64,000 nt of DNA from Octopus vulgaris (Eukaryota), in the NCBI GenBank assembly GCA_951406725.2, contig OX597823.1:91140001-91204000 (forward strand), given 5' to 3'. The notes beneath the pieces are model-generated. The model had not been told where the DNA came from and ran no database searches. It was given only the letters and a program-made list of their open reading frames with translations. The position numbers were made by a program, and so were the translations under genes. How positions within the stretch are numbered: the stretch's first letter is position 1; every line of letters starts with the position of its first letter. Below, piece after piece: positions 11,786 to 24,059 of the stretch.

Positions 11786-11942
11786 ACATATATATATATA
11801 TATTTATATATATAAATACATACATACATATATATATATATATAAATATATACATGTATGTATGTAAGTATTTATTTACGCAGACATACACATATATAAC
11901 TACAGACTATATATATATAAATATATAATATATATATATTTG

Positions 11943-11977
<35 letters not shown>

Positions 11978-12191
11978 TATTCTTTCACTTGTTTCAGTCA
12001 TTTGAATGTGGCCATGCTGGAGCACTGCCTTCAGTCAAACAATCAACCCAAGGAATTATTCTCTGTAAGTGTAGTACTTATTCTATCGGTCTCTTTGCAG
12101 AACCGCTAAGTTATGGGGACATAAACACATCAGCATCGGTTGTCAAGCGATGGTAGGGGCATAAACACAGGCACACAAACATATACATGTA

Positions 12192-12223
<32 letters not shown>

Positions 12224-12962
12224 CGACGGGCTTTTTTCAGTTTCCGTCTACCAAATCCACTCATAAAGCTTTGGTCAGTCCAAGGCTATAGTAGAAGACA
12301 TTTGCTCATGGTGCCGCGCAGTGGGACTGAACCTGGGACCATGTGGTTAGTAGGCAAGCAACTTTCCACACAGCTGCTCCTGTGCCAATGTATACATCAC
12401 ATTGATAATTTTAGGCTATAGCTTGCTGCTTTCACAACGATGTCCTGTTGTATCATATATTTTGTCATCCATCTATAAAATGCAATAATTCTCATTTCAG
12501 TCATCTTGTTATATAAAACCATAAACCAACAATGTATTGTCTTCCATTCGTTCCAATAAAACATTGACGAGTTTATTGTGAGACAAACAAATGAATCTGA
12601 CAATATTTTTATAACAATGGTGGTCGTCTGGAGGCAAATCTATGGAAATAGGTGCACGTACGGCTGTATGGCAAGCGTCTGGTTTTTGGTTCAATCCCAA
12701 CTTGTGTTAATATGGGGGGGAGGATTTTGGTACGGCTTTGGGCTGACCAATGCAGTTTGAAAGGATTCAGACTCGGTTACTAACTGGAAACTGAAATCCC
12801 ACCATGCATGTGAATACACACACACATACACACATACACACACATACACACATACACACATGCACACACACACATGCACACACACGAACATACACATACT
12901 CACACATACACACACATACGCACACACACAAACACATACACACACAAAGACATATGCACACA

Positions 12963-13004
<42 letters not shown>

Positions 13005-13065
13005 AACCATACCATTCCTGCTGGTAAGAATAGAGTTTTAAAATTCATAGAGAAATTTGAAGGAT

Positions 13066-13134
13066 TGCTTTTGTCCAGTGGTTGAATGCCTCTCTTGTCT
13101 ACAGGAAGTGTGGGTTCAAACCCTATGAAAAGCA
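13066..13134 (+). pseudogene. tRNA-like pseudogene or solo SINE head (possible GTC/Asp anticodon)
   Basis: TGCTTTT...AAAAGCA terminal stem, TCCAGTGGTT A-box, GGTTCAAACCC B-box with T-stem; D and anticodon stems imperfect. Confidence 0.45.
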
Positions 13135-13652
13135 TTTCACTTTTTCAGTTCAAAAGGGGATAATCTATTGAGAGCAATAAACAAATACAATGTGATGATG
13201 ATGATGATGATGATTGGTACATTAAATATCAAGTAAGATAAATTCTTGTTTCATTGTCCAGAGAAGGTAGAACAATTGTTTGGTGGTAACTGAGACCAAC
13301 TGCAAATGAGAATGTGGAATGAAATGCATTTATTTATAAACTTTAAACTGAACTTCATTTGTTTTGTAAACCTAACAGCGTGGTGATACGTAAATAAACG
13401 ACGTAAATTAACGAAGGTATAAACCTGATGTAAATAAACGAAGTTGACGTCAGATTTTTCTACTTTCACTTCTGACAGCTAATACCATGACAGTGCCGAA
13501 AAAGCAACATAAAAAGGCAAGAAAGCTCAAAAGAAAAATAAAACAAAAGCAACATTCTGTTAAACAAATGATAGTGTATGTACAGGTGTGTGGAGGTGTG
13601 TGTATACATATATAAATCAGTAAATCTTCTAACGAATATTCGTAAAGATAAC

Positions 13653-15425
13653 ATTATTATTTTATGTTTGACTTTTGCTTTGCATTTGTACAAGTTGGCT
13701 CCAAGTCTCACCCAGAGACCTCAAGAGACAACAAGTTGGAAGTTCATGTTGGTGTTATGCCTAGGATGTTATATATTTGGTTTTGTACATAGTGTTGTTC
13801 TAGAGAATGTTTAAAAACCATAAGAAAATTATGAGTTTGTTTTAAAATTTGAGATTACCTGGACAGTATTTTGCGTAGGATATGGGCAGTTCCCATGAGC
13901 ACTATCTTTTGAATTTCTGCCATTTTGGGGTTTACTGGAATCTGAGTTAGGTAGCAATCAGCCCTTTTTGCTATCATTCCTAGGAAACCTATGACAACAG
14001 GTATTGTTTTAGCCTTCAGGTTCCACATTTTGCCAATTTCTATTTCAAGATCTTTATATTTGCTCAGTTTCTGGTAGGCCTTGACAGATACGTTTATACC
14101 GATTGGGACAGTCATATCAATGAGGAGGCAGGATTTTTGTCTGAAGTCTTTCAATATAATGTCTGGCCTATTTGCATCTATCTTTCTGTCAGTTTGAATG
14201 GTGAAGCTCCAGAGGAGTGAGATGTGATCCTTTTCAAGCACTGGAAATGGTTTGTGTTCCCACCAGTTTTTATCACGGGGCAGGTCCATGTTTTTGCAAA
14301 TTACCCAGTGAATATACTGTGCAGCTCTATCATACCTGTTGAGATACTCTGTAGGTGCAAGAAAACTGCACATGCAGACAACATAGGTTACTGCAAAACA
14401 TTGTCATAAAGTTTTGTTAGTAGTTCATGACTCCCTAGTAAGGCATTCAACCAGAAGTTAGGAATTTTATCCTTCCGGGAGACTTCCATTTACTTGACTT
14501 CCTGAGAGCAGATCTTACATCCTCTACCTTGATACCCTCCCACTTTTGCTCTTCTAAGGACTCTAAGTCAGTAGAAATTCTGTCAATCCAAGGGGCCTTT
14601 TCATGTTGTGTGTTTTTTCTTCTGCCCAGATTTTATTCTAAAATTTCTGCTTTTCTTTTGATGGGATAGACTTTACTGTAATTGGTATTTTCCCTATCTT
14701 CCTGTAAAACTTTTTGCGGTTATTTTTTAACATGTCTTTGAAGAATCTAACATGCTTTTCATACTTTGCTATGCGGTCAGCTTTAGCACATACCTTTTGC
14801 TTGATGGTTTCTATGGTGGCATCAATGTCAAATATGGTTTCCATATATTTTTTCTTTAATTTCCTGATTTTTGTTGGTTTGATAGTCTTGTCAAACTTAA
14901 GGCTTTTTAAACATTCTATGTCAGACCTAAGTAGCTGAATTTGGTGTTGAATATGCTCTTGCTAAGAAGGCTTCTTGTGGGAATATTGTTGTTTTCTAAT
15001 CTTTTCACTACATAGAATTGTTGAGATTTTCACAGATGCATAGTACAGCTGGTTGAGATCTGTAAAATCATTATTAGCTGAAATTATATCCTTAAGTGCA
15101 AGATGGATTTTATCAATTATTTTCTGGTTTTGGTTAGGGATGCAAATTTCTGGGAGAGATTCACGTTCATTCATATTGGTTTCTTTAATTTTCAGCCATT
15201 CAATCATGATTTGACTTTTTAGATCATGTAGTTCAGTTGGCTCAATTTCCGTGTGACTTTCTTCATCTATTTGATTTTCATCTGCCTTGCTGTTTACGGT
15301 TGGTTCAGAGAGTATTTCACTTTGCTTATCATTCACATTAACTCTTTCAATCATTACTGCATTTTCATCAGACCTGATTTGGTCTATAATTATTTCCTCT
15401 GTGGTGTCTTCTTTTATCCCTTACT
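13653..15425 (-). mobile_element. R4/Dong-like non-LTR retrotransposon (REL endonuclease), internally deleted
   Basis: ORF 13855-14373: end of CCHC knuckle (CSFLAPTEYLNRYD), RPDIIL..LLIDMTVP..KLSKYKDL; upstream WKSPGRDKIPNFWL (pre-RT region) joins almost directly to the knuckle; AAT repeats at both ends. Confidence 0.85.
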
Positions 15426-15438
15426 GATTATTATTATT

Positions 15439-15480
<42 letters not shown>

Positions 15481-15682
15481 ATTATTATTATTATTATTGT
15501 TATCTGCAGTAAATCTAAATAATTGATAATAATAATAATAACAACAATAATATTAGTGGCAGTAAGTAATATTAGCATAAAAGAGCTCTGCAATAAGTTC
15601 ATAATTATAATAGAGAGTACACGAAGCACCAGCTTCCTAGAAAGAAGAGTCAAAGTCCTCAGCTTATCTAACTATGTCACTG

Positions 15683-15724
<42 letters not shown>

Positions 15725-15938
15725 TTTACTCTTTTACTTGTTTCAGTAATGTGAGTGTGGCCATGCTGGAGCACCGCCTTTAGTTGAGCAAATCGACCCC
15801 AGAACTTATTCTTTGTAAGCCTAGTACTTATTCTATCGGTCTCTTTTGCTGAACCACTAAGTTACGCAGACATAAACATACCAGCATCGGTTGTCAAGCG
15901 ATGTTGGGGGGATAAACACAGACACACAAACATTTATA

Positions 15939-15997
<59 letters not shown>

Positions 15998-16160
15998 GAC
16001 GGGCTTATTTCAGTTTCCGTCTACCAAATCCACTCACAAGGCTTTGGTCAGCCCGAGGCTATAGTAGAAGACATTTGCCCAAGGTGTCACGCAGTGGGAC
16101 TGAACCCGGAACCATGTGGTTTGTAAGCAAACTACTTACCACACAACCATTCCTATGCCT
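15725..16160 (-). mobile_element. SINE family A, full length
   Basis: Complete head-to-tail match to 1155-1541. Confidence 0.9.
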
Positions 16161-16169
16161 ATGTGTGAC

Positions 16170-16288
16170 GCTTACAGCACCTAGGTTTCCCAAGCGGTCA
16201 CCCATTTAAGTACTAACTAGGCTTGACGTTGCTTAACTTCGGTGACCGGACACGAACCAGTGCTTTAAACGTGATATGGCCATGTTTA
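16170..16288 (-). rRNA. 5S rRNA gene copy, probably a pseudogene
   Basis: Minus strand ..GGCCATATCACGTTTAAAGCACTGGTTCGTGTCCGGTCACCGAAGTTAAGCAACGTCAAGCCTAGTTAGTACTTAAATGGGTGACCGCTTGGGAAACCTAGGTGCTGTAAGC, about 119 nt; box C altered (TAAATGGG for TGGATGGG) and no oligo-T terminator. Confidence 0.9.
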
Positions 16289-16312
16289 TATTTATATGTA
16301 TATGCACACACA

Positions 16313-16368
<56 letters not shown>

Positions 16369-16425
16369 AATATGTATATTTTGCAATCAAATATAAAAAA
16401 GAACACTGACACAAAATTTCATTGA

Positions 16426-16660
16426 CAGCGGCGAGCTGGCAGAATCGTTAGCATGCCGGGCGAAATGCCTAGCGGTATTTCGTCTGCTGCTACGTTCTGA
16501 GTTCAAATTCCACCGAGGTCGACTTTGCCTTTCATCTTTTCGGGTTCTATTAAATAAGTACCAGTTATGCACTGGGGTCGATATAATCGAATTAATCCAT
16601 TTGTCTGTCCTTGTTTGTCCTCTCTGTGTTTAGCCCCTTGTGGGTAGTAAAGAAATAGGT
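16426..16660 (+). mobile_element. tRNA-derived SINE family B
   Basis: GCGGCGAGCTGGCAGAATCGTTAGC head, GAGTTCAAATTCC B-box, central GCCTTTCATCCTTTCGGGGTCGATAAA-type domain (Meta-like, from recall); copies at 21391-21797, 29285-29470(-), 38035-38305(-) and 54895-55130. Confidence 0.85.
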
Positions 16661-18085
16661 AATAGTTAAAAGCTTGAAGAGAATGTATTTAACGTTTTGG
16701 GTAGAAGTCTTTCATCAAAATCAGGAAAGGAATGAATATGAGGAAAATGGAAAGTGGGTAAAAACAAAAATTGAAAGATCCTTGTATAATCTGAGCTAGC
16801 ATCGTTATGAGTTCAAACATTTTAATTTTGGCCTCAGCTTGCAGCACTTAATAAATTTACTGTTTTCTTTGAAAAAAAAAAATAAATAAAATAAATAAAA
16901 TTCATCTTTTTTTTCCATGTTTCTTTTCAGCAATAAGTTTTGAATCATACCCCACAATATTGAATATCATTCTAAAAAAGAAAAAAAAAAAACAAAAATA
17001 GAAAAAATTCTGTTTTATTAAACTCCATCATTACTGCTTTCTAATCTCCATTTGTATTCATTGATATTAAACTTTTATATAATCTCCCACACAACTTTAA
17101 TTCTATTTACATTTGAATACTGCTACAACAAATCAGTTTTAATGAAGCAGTTTTATTAAAACCCACATCGTTATAATTTATCAATCTGCATTCAAAATCC
17201 ATTTGCACACTTTTAATCATTGTAATGTCCACTTCCCCATGGCCCCCGACACGGCTTACTAAGGCAGATTTTTCTATTGCCTGCCTTCACAGAAATGAAT
17301 GACACTGCTTGTATGACAATGGCACTCATTTACAATGAACGCACAGTGCTGGGACTAGAAGACACACATGTACGCATGCACACACACACACACACATGTG
17401 CACACATGATAGGCTTGTTTTGCTTTCTATCCACCAGATCCACTCACAAGGCTTTTGTTGGTCTGGGGCTACAGTAAAAGATACCTGTCCAAGGCACCTC
17501 ACAGTGGGACTGAACCACAAAACCATATGGTTTGGAAGTAAGCTATTTAATCACACAGCCAAATCTTCCACCTACGTATGAATATGTATATTGAACTAAG
17601 TGCAATATATTCTTTTCTACTCTAGGTACAAGAGTACAAAAGTGGGTAGTAAAGAAATAGGTATGTGTGTCTGTGGAATGCTCAGTGACTTGTACATTAA
17701 TTTCTGTTGATTGGAACACTCGTTATCATAACCGATTGAGTGCTGTAATTATTTTTTTCTTCTTCTGTCCCTTTCTATCTGTGGGGAAAATTTTGTCATT
17801 GTTCTGGGAGAACAGAATCCTTACTTAATGATCTATGCTGTTTGGATAGCAGTGACCCTGCTTAGTTTGGTGATAGCAGTGTGATAGTAGCAGCAGTTTC
17901 TCAAAGGATGGTGGTGTTGGTGCTGTGGAGGTCATAGTTGAGGTATGTCAGGGATGGCTAGCTTAAGCCCAGAAGCAGTGGTAGTGAGGGTGATTGTCTC
18001 CATTGGGGTTGTTAGCAATGGAGATAAATGCTGCTATCACACTGCTCATTTGGTAATCCAAATGGCAGGATCTGCATAAACTCAC

Positions 18086-18124
18086 ATTTCTTAACCATAT
18101 CCTTCTGAAAAGGGGCCTTTCTGC
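18086..18124 (-). other. Candidate 39-nt spliceosomal exon
   Basis: Minus strand ctttatatatttcag|GCAGAAAGGCCCCTTTTCAGAAGGATATGGTTAAGAAAT|gtgagt; length divisible by 3; lies in non-repetitive sequence. Confidence 0.35.
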
Positions 18125-18235
18125 CTGAAATATATAAAGGTTTTCCAGCCTTCCTTGCTGCGTTGTTAGAAGCTTTCCTCCTTTCTTTTTCCATTTATTA
18201 TTCTATTTGTATATATACAGCGTGGCCCAAAAGTA

Positions 18236-18437
18236 GGTCGTCATCATCGTCATGTCATCAAAATCATCATTGTCATGTCATTATCATCGTCGTCATGTCA
18301 TCATCATCCTCATCATCATCATCGTCGTCGACATTGTCCTCCTCCTCCTCATCATTGTCATCGTTGTCATCATCATCACCGTCATTGTCATCATCATCAC
18401 CATCATTGTCATCATCATCACCGTCATTGTCATCATC
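18236..18437. repeat. Degenerate (TCA)n trinucleotide repeat
   Basis: TCA/TCG/TTG triplets that give poly-S/H/I ORFs. Confidence 0.9.
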
Positions 18438-18727
18438 TTATATCCTTTTCAATGCTGGCATTGGCTGGATGCTTTGGGGTGGTTGCTATGGCTGGATGCC
18501 CTTCCTCACACAAAACACTTTACAGAGTCTACAGGGTTCTCATTAGGTAATACCAGCAGCCATGGGGTCACTAAATAACTTGCTAGACAAGACCCCTTGA
18601 AGGGGCTTAGAGCCAGGTGATGAGAAATTAGAGTATGAATAGGGGAACAGAAATAGATGTCTTGTAGCAGAGGAGATGCATGGTTACCTAATTTTGTAAA
18701 ATTACCTTCTTTGAATCCCACTGACTC

Positions 18728-18945
18728 ATAGGGGTCAGGTTCCTGATTTCATGGTGTATATTTTCTCACCTGGATGGGATGCTGGTCCTTCGTAAGATAA
18801 CTCACTTTTGCCAGTTGAGTGGACTGGAGCAATGTTAAATGAAGTGTTTTGCTCAGGAACACAACTAGTTGCCCAGTCCAGGAATTGAAACCATGATCTT
18901 ATGACCATGAGTCCAATATTCTAACCACTAAGCCATGCACCACCA
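18728..18945 (-). mobile_element. CORE-type tRNA SINE family C (tail type 2)
   Basis: Minus strand GGTGCATGGCTTAGTGGTTAG head, GTTCCTGAGCAAAACACTT..TTGCTCCAGTCCACTCAACTG core, CAGCATCCCATCCAGG tail; similar copy at 52320-52546. Confidence 0.75.
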
Positions 18946-19331
18946 CTACCTCAGAAGGAGAGAGAGACAAAGGAGAGGACAGAGAGAGAGAGAGAGAGAG
19001 AGAGACAAAGGAGAAGACAGAGAGAGAGAGACAAAGAAGATGACAGAGAGAGAGAGGTAGATAAAGAAGAGGACAGAGAGAGAGAGATAAGGTGGTGAAA
19101 ATGTGATGAGTTATATACCCAAGTTCAGTGCTGTCTTAAGGCATAGACATGCTGAGCAGCTACCAGGGGCCACACAGGTGTAGGGACCCACTGTTAATTT
19201 TTAATGCATCCTCACTGATATTATGAAATTATCTGGACCCCGCCCCACCAAAAGATAACAAAATTCGCTTTTATCAAACTGCCTTGTTATGACTTATATA
19301 ATTGTTGTTATTGAAATTCTTCAATGCTGTA

Positions 19332-19509
19332 CCCTTAATATTTAAATTGGCCAGATCCAGCCTCTCACACCTACTCTACAATGTCATTCTAAAAGTAACC
19401 AATCACATTACTGAAATCTCAAAACTATGAGGTAATCCATGATTAACTCAAAACAATGGGAATAAAGAAGGATTACTTTTGACAGAATACTCTGAATGTT
19501 GAAGGGTTA
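19332..19509. mobile_element. Possible piggyBac-type MITE remnant
   Basis: Right end ..GAATGTTGAAGGG|TTAA; degenerate left end ACCCTTAATATT. Confidence 0.4.
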
Positions 19510-20066
19510 AAAATAAACTAACTTGTGACGTTAAAACTATTTTTAGTTGAAGGATGAGCACAAGGTCACGTTTATGTGGGTGTTTTCCATTTTTCTTGCA
19601 AAGACTCAGCTAATTGACTACTTGTAATGTCTCCGAGGAGAACAATTCCAAATTTGGCATCTGCCATTAATTAGCTGACATTTTATAGAACCATAAATTT
19701 CTTTTATGATTCCTCAATACCAAAATGTAAAATAGACAGTAGAAACCTTTGGGTTTTGGGTGTGTGAGTAAATCTTCATGACTTATGGTTGAAGCTTTTA
19801 ATTTCTGCCACAACACCCAACAATGGATGGTTTTGGGTCTTATTCATTATGTTCTTTTATCACTTCCTACATTTGTCTTTCATCTCCATTTTTAAAAAAT
19901 AGCAATCTAAGGTGAAAATATTATTGCACAAAAGAAAAGTGAATTGATACAGAATATGTAATATTACCGTTTACTACATAATTGCCTTATAATAGTTCCC
20001 AAATTTCTGTTCAACTTCATTTATACAACACTACAAAATAAACTCACATAACTTTTTATCAATATA

Positions 20067-20985
20067 CGAGGTCTGATCAATAAGTATCCGTACCGTTGCC
20101 ATAGTAACAAAGCTAAAGCATGCAGAGCAAAGTCGTTTGGTACAGATCGACCTTGAACACTGTTGCGCATGTGCTGTAAGTTTTAACGTTCTAGCTCACA
20201 TCCGCTGTTTACAGCAGTGTTTGGAAGAAAGGTGTGTAGTGTGTGATCGTTGCATTGACCATGACAGGGTAAGGTGTCAAGGCGATACCTGCTCAGAAGC
20301 AGAAAGTGTATGGAGAGGATTGTATAAGCTTCAAAGTTGCAGAAAGTGTATGGAGAGGAGTGTATGAGCTTCACACAAGTGTAGTAGTGGTTCAGACGTT
20401 TCCAAGATGGTTGAAAAAAAGTCAATATTGACGAACGTTGTGGGAGACCCACAACCAGCAGAACTGAGAAAAACACTGCAGAAATGCATACAGCTGTGAG
20501 GGGTAATCGTCAAATTACCATCCGTGAGTTATCAGAGAATGTGCAGATTAGCTACGGTTCAGTTCAGTCCATTATCACTGCAGATTTGGGTATGAGTGTC
20601 TGCCACCATGTTTGTGCCAAAACTGCTTTCAGCTGACCAAAAAGACACTTAAGTTTCAATTGAACAAGATCTTCTTGATTGTGTCGACAACGATGAAAAC
20701 ATTTTGAAAACTTTGCCTGGGTCACTGAGCAGGTATCGCCAAGCTTTTAGCGAAATTTGATGCAGATTCTCTGCTCAACTTCCTCTGTCATGGTCATCAC
20801 GATGATCACACGCTACACACCTTCCTTCCAAGCACTGCTGTAAACAACGGAAGTGAGCTAGATCGTTAAAACTTAGTGTGCATACACAACAAAGTTTAAG
20901 GTCAACCTGTGTCAAGCAGCTTTACTCTGTGTATTTTAGCTTCGTTACTATGGCAACAGTCCGGATACTTATTGATCAGACCATG
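20067..20985 (+). mobile_element. mariner-family element with long inverted arms and truncated transposase
   Basis: TA|CGAGGTCTGATCAATAAGTATCCG ... CGGATACTTATTGATCAGACC; arms over 200 bp; internal frame WFRRFQDG..DERCGRP..NRQITIRELSE..ISYGSVQSIITADLGM..FVPKLL. Confidence 0.9.
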
Positions 20986-21390
20986 CACACATAGCTTGTA
21001 TAATAAGAAATGATAAGTGTAGTTCACTCCCAGCTTCTCCAGTTTCCTCACCATCACTTTCTACAGGCATGTCTTCCTCCATCATATGGAACATCACCCT
21101 CTATCTCCTTTGTGCAACTTATATTCCCCTCTACTGTTCCCTGTGGCTAGGCCCCAATACATCTCCACTATCATCTATTTCTCTCTCCCTCTCTCCTTCT
21201 GATCATCTCACAATTTCTAGCTCTCTCCCACCTTCCTTCTCTTACTGGCATGGCCACATATCCCCATTTATAATAAGGCAACTATTTCTGTTCCTCTATC
21301 ATACTCTAACCTTTTGCCAGGCACACATCCACTATCCCCGGCCCCACTCCCTCTCTTAACTAAGAAGTCTTTGTCTTGCAATTTACCCAA

Positions 21391-21797
21391 AGGCGGCGAG
21401 CTGGCATAAACGTTAGCACACCGGGTAAAATGCTTAGCAGTATTTCGTCCGTCTTTACGTTCTGAGTTCAAATTCCGCTGAGGTCGAATTTGCCTTTCAT
21501 CCTTTCGGAGTCGATAAATTAAGTACCAGTTGCATACTGGGGCCGATCTAATTGACTGGCTTCCTTCCCTAAAACTTCGGGCATTGTACATAGAGTAGAA
21601 AAGAAAATAATGCTTAGTGGTATTTTGGTCTGTCTTTACGTTCTGAGTTGAAATTCTGCTGAGGTCGACTTTGTGTTTCATCCTATCGGGGTCGATAAAT
21701 AAAGTACCAGTTGCATACTGGGTCGATCTAATCGACTGACCCCCCCCCCCACCTCCCTCAAAATTTCGGGCCTTGTGCCTAGAGTAGAAAAGAATTT
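21391..21797 (+). mobile_element. SINE family B, tandem dimer
   Basis: Full copy followed by a second copy starting at AATGCTTAG (about 21609); both end in AGAGTAGAAAAGAA. Confidence 0.85.
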
Positions 21798-22468
21798 ACT
21801 TGGCAATCCTGCTGGTGCTCGTGCCACGTAAAAAGCACCCAGGAGGAGGGTATTCAGCCACAGAAGCCATTCCAAAACAGACAACTGAAGCCTTGTGCAG
21901 CTCTCCAACCTAACAGCTCCTCTCAAACCATCCAACCATGCCTCATGGAAAATGGACACTAAATGATGATGATGATGATGATGATGATGATAATGAATTT
22001 GACCAATTAAATACTTATTCTAGTTCTAAAGAAAAGGGTTCAAATGGGTTTTTGTTGATAATCTATCCATAATGTCGTCTTATTTTTATAGAGCCAGTAT
22101 ATTATTTTCTCTATAAAATATATTTTATCAATAAAATATGATACCTATCACTATCAATAACTATCGTATTTTATTAAAACTTTCAGAGGTGTCCTGTGAT
22201 CTGTAGATCATGGAATATGGCAAACAGATCTTTTGTAGGAATATCTCTGCCCAATATGCCATTTGGGTTTGACTGTTCCCCAGTTAGTCACTAACTTTTT
22301 GACTTTGTATAAATTTCTAACAGCTGTAGTCTCTTCAACTGAATATAGTCCCACTGCTGCCAAGAATTTTTTTTAAGGCGCAGGAGTGGCTGGGTGGTAA
22401 GTAGCTTGCCTACCAACCACATGTTTTGGGGTTCAGAGAAGAAGCCCTCATATATATATATATATATA

Positions 22469-22780
22469 GGGAGAATTCACAAAAAAACAAAAGACGAAGA
22501 CAGGTGGTGTAGATATCAAACAGATGTATTAGTATAATGCTCGAGAAGTGAAAAAGTCTTTAATGTTTCAAGCCTATGCTCTTCCACAGAAAGGACACAG
22601 AAAGAAACTAGGAGAGGAAATAAAGACTGTGTAGTAGCTAGCATCTATCATGGTGATGGCCGGACAGAAGGGTCACACAGGAGAGCTAGGGAGAAGGGGA
22701 GATAATAAAGTGGTGGTGATCCCAAAACGAAGGTGCGCATGTGTATAAGAGAGTTTGTATGTGCATGTGGAAGAGGGCTG
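22469..22780 (-). mobile_element. Penelope-like solo pLTR (family P1)
   Basis: Homologous to 57795-58090; hammerhead motif at 22556-22594 (CTGTGGA-A-GAGC-ATAG-GCTT-GAAACATT-AAAGAC). Confidence 0.75.
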
Positions 22781-22790
22781 ATATATACAT

Positions 22791-22821
<31 letters not shown>

Positions 22822-24059
22822 CACACACTCACATATGCGTACACGTTCACACACACATACACACAAAGATTTCTTAAGGTGCACTGATTTGACCAATCAG
22901 AATCAATGCTAACGAAACCACTAATTGTTCCCTGACTTTGGATGTATGTTATTTTATAGAATATTTTATGATTAACGATCAATTATTGTTTATGAAATCG
23001 AACTGATTGCTTGACTAGACATCGTTAGTTTCAAACAGCGATGTTATAGTTTGGCTTTGGCATAACTCTATTCACATTTTGCAAAACGACCAAATACATC
23101 ATCATCATCATCATGTCAGAAGAGACCAAACTCTGTAAACTCTGTAAAATAGATTCTCTTCTAAAGTTTATCTTTCACGGACAATCCTATCAATTCATAA
23201 AGCTCAGTTCCATCACTCTATATCTGATAGTTACATCAAACAATTCCAGGTCAGCTGATAAACGAAAAATTCTATCATAAAATAACAAAGATTTCCTTGT
23301 ATGTAGAACAATGATTAATCTTTGATTCATTATAGAGAACAAAACCTTGTGCAGAATTAGAGAAGCTTTTTTGAAGAAGTGTATTAGTTATACAATCGTT
23401 TTATATATCAGACTGTATAAATATATAAAAGTGCCTATTATCTCAGGTATTAAGCCACTTGGTACTTGATAAGCTATTATCACAGAACGGAAGAAAAGTG
23501 ACGTTTTTAATGTAAAATTGATGGAATCTCAAATATTTTTACTAACACTACCAATCGGTTCTGTTTACCGTATTTATTTCTCGCCACTTAGGGTTGGCAA
23601 CTAAATTATCTTTACAACCCATAAAAACTAATTTATTCTACACAACATTGAAGTCTCCTATCGTATTGTCTATTCTAGGCTGGAAGAAGATATCTCTTAT
23701 GATACTTTACACACATATTTAGAGGGGTGAACAAAATGACTTGTGGTTGATAAGTCCAACTGTTTTTACTCCAGCTTTAAATCCTTTTGAGACCATCTCT
23801 ACTTTCTACCTTTGGCAGATTGGAAGAATTGTTTTGGAAGAGATGCTTTCTCTGCTTATTCTGGCTCTTTGAATTGTGGGTTCAAATTCCTGTATAGCTT
23901 TCTGACTGGGTCCTAAATTAATCCTTTGCTTTGATTGAAATGACCACTTGATCCTTGGATGGCTTCAGCAGTTTCTGATTAAAAGATTAATTTCTTCCTC
24001 TCAATAGTCTTAGGGACTCTCAAAAAAGGGTCAGTGATGCTGCTCTTCAGTTAAGAGTG

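Noticed and set aside
13487-13586. Basic NLS-like peptide MTVPKKQHKKARKLKRKIKQ
   Set aside because: Explained by A-rich composition; no homology recognised
16170-16288. Functional 5S rDNA locus
   Set aside because: Single copy, altered box C and no oligo-T terminator; kept as a probable pseudogene
18163-18578. Poly-Ser, poly-His/Cys or hydrophobic ORFs
   Set aside because: All three frames come from a (TCA)n repeat adjoining an RTE tail
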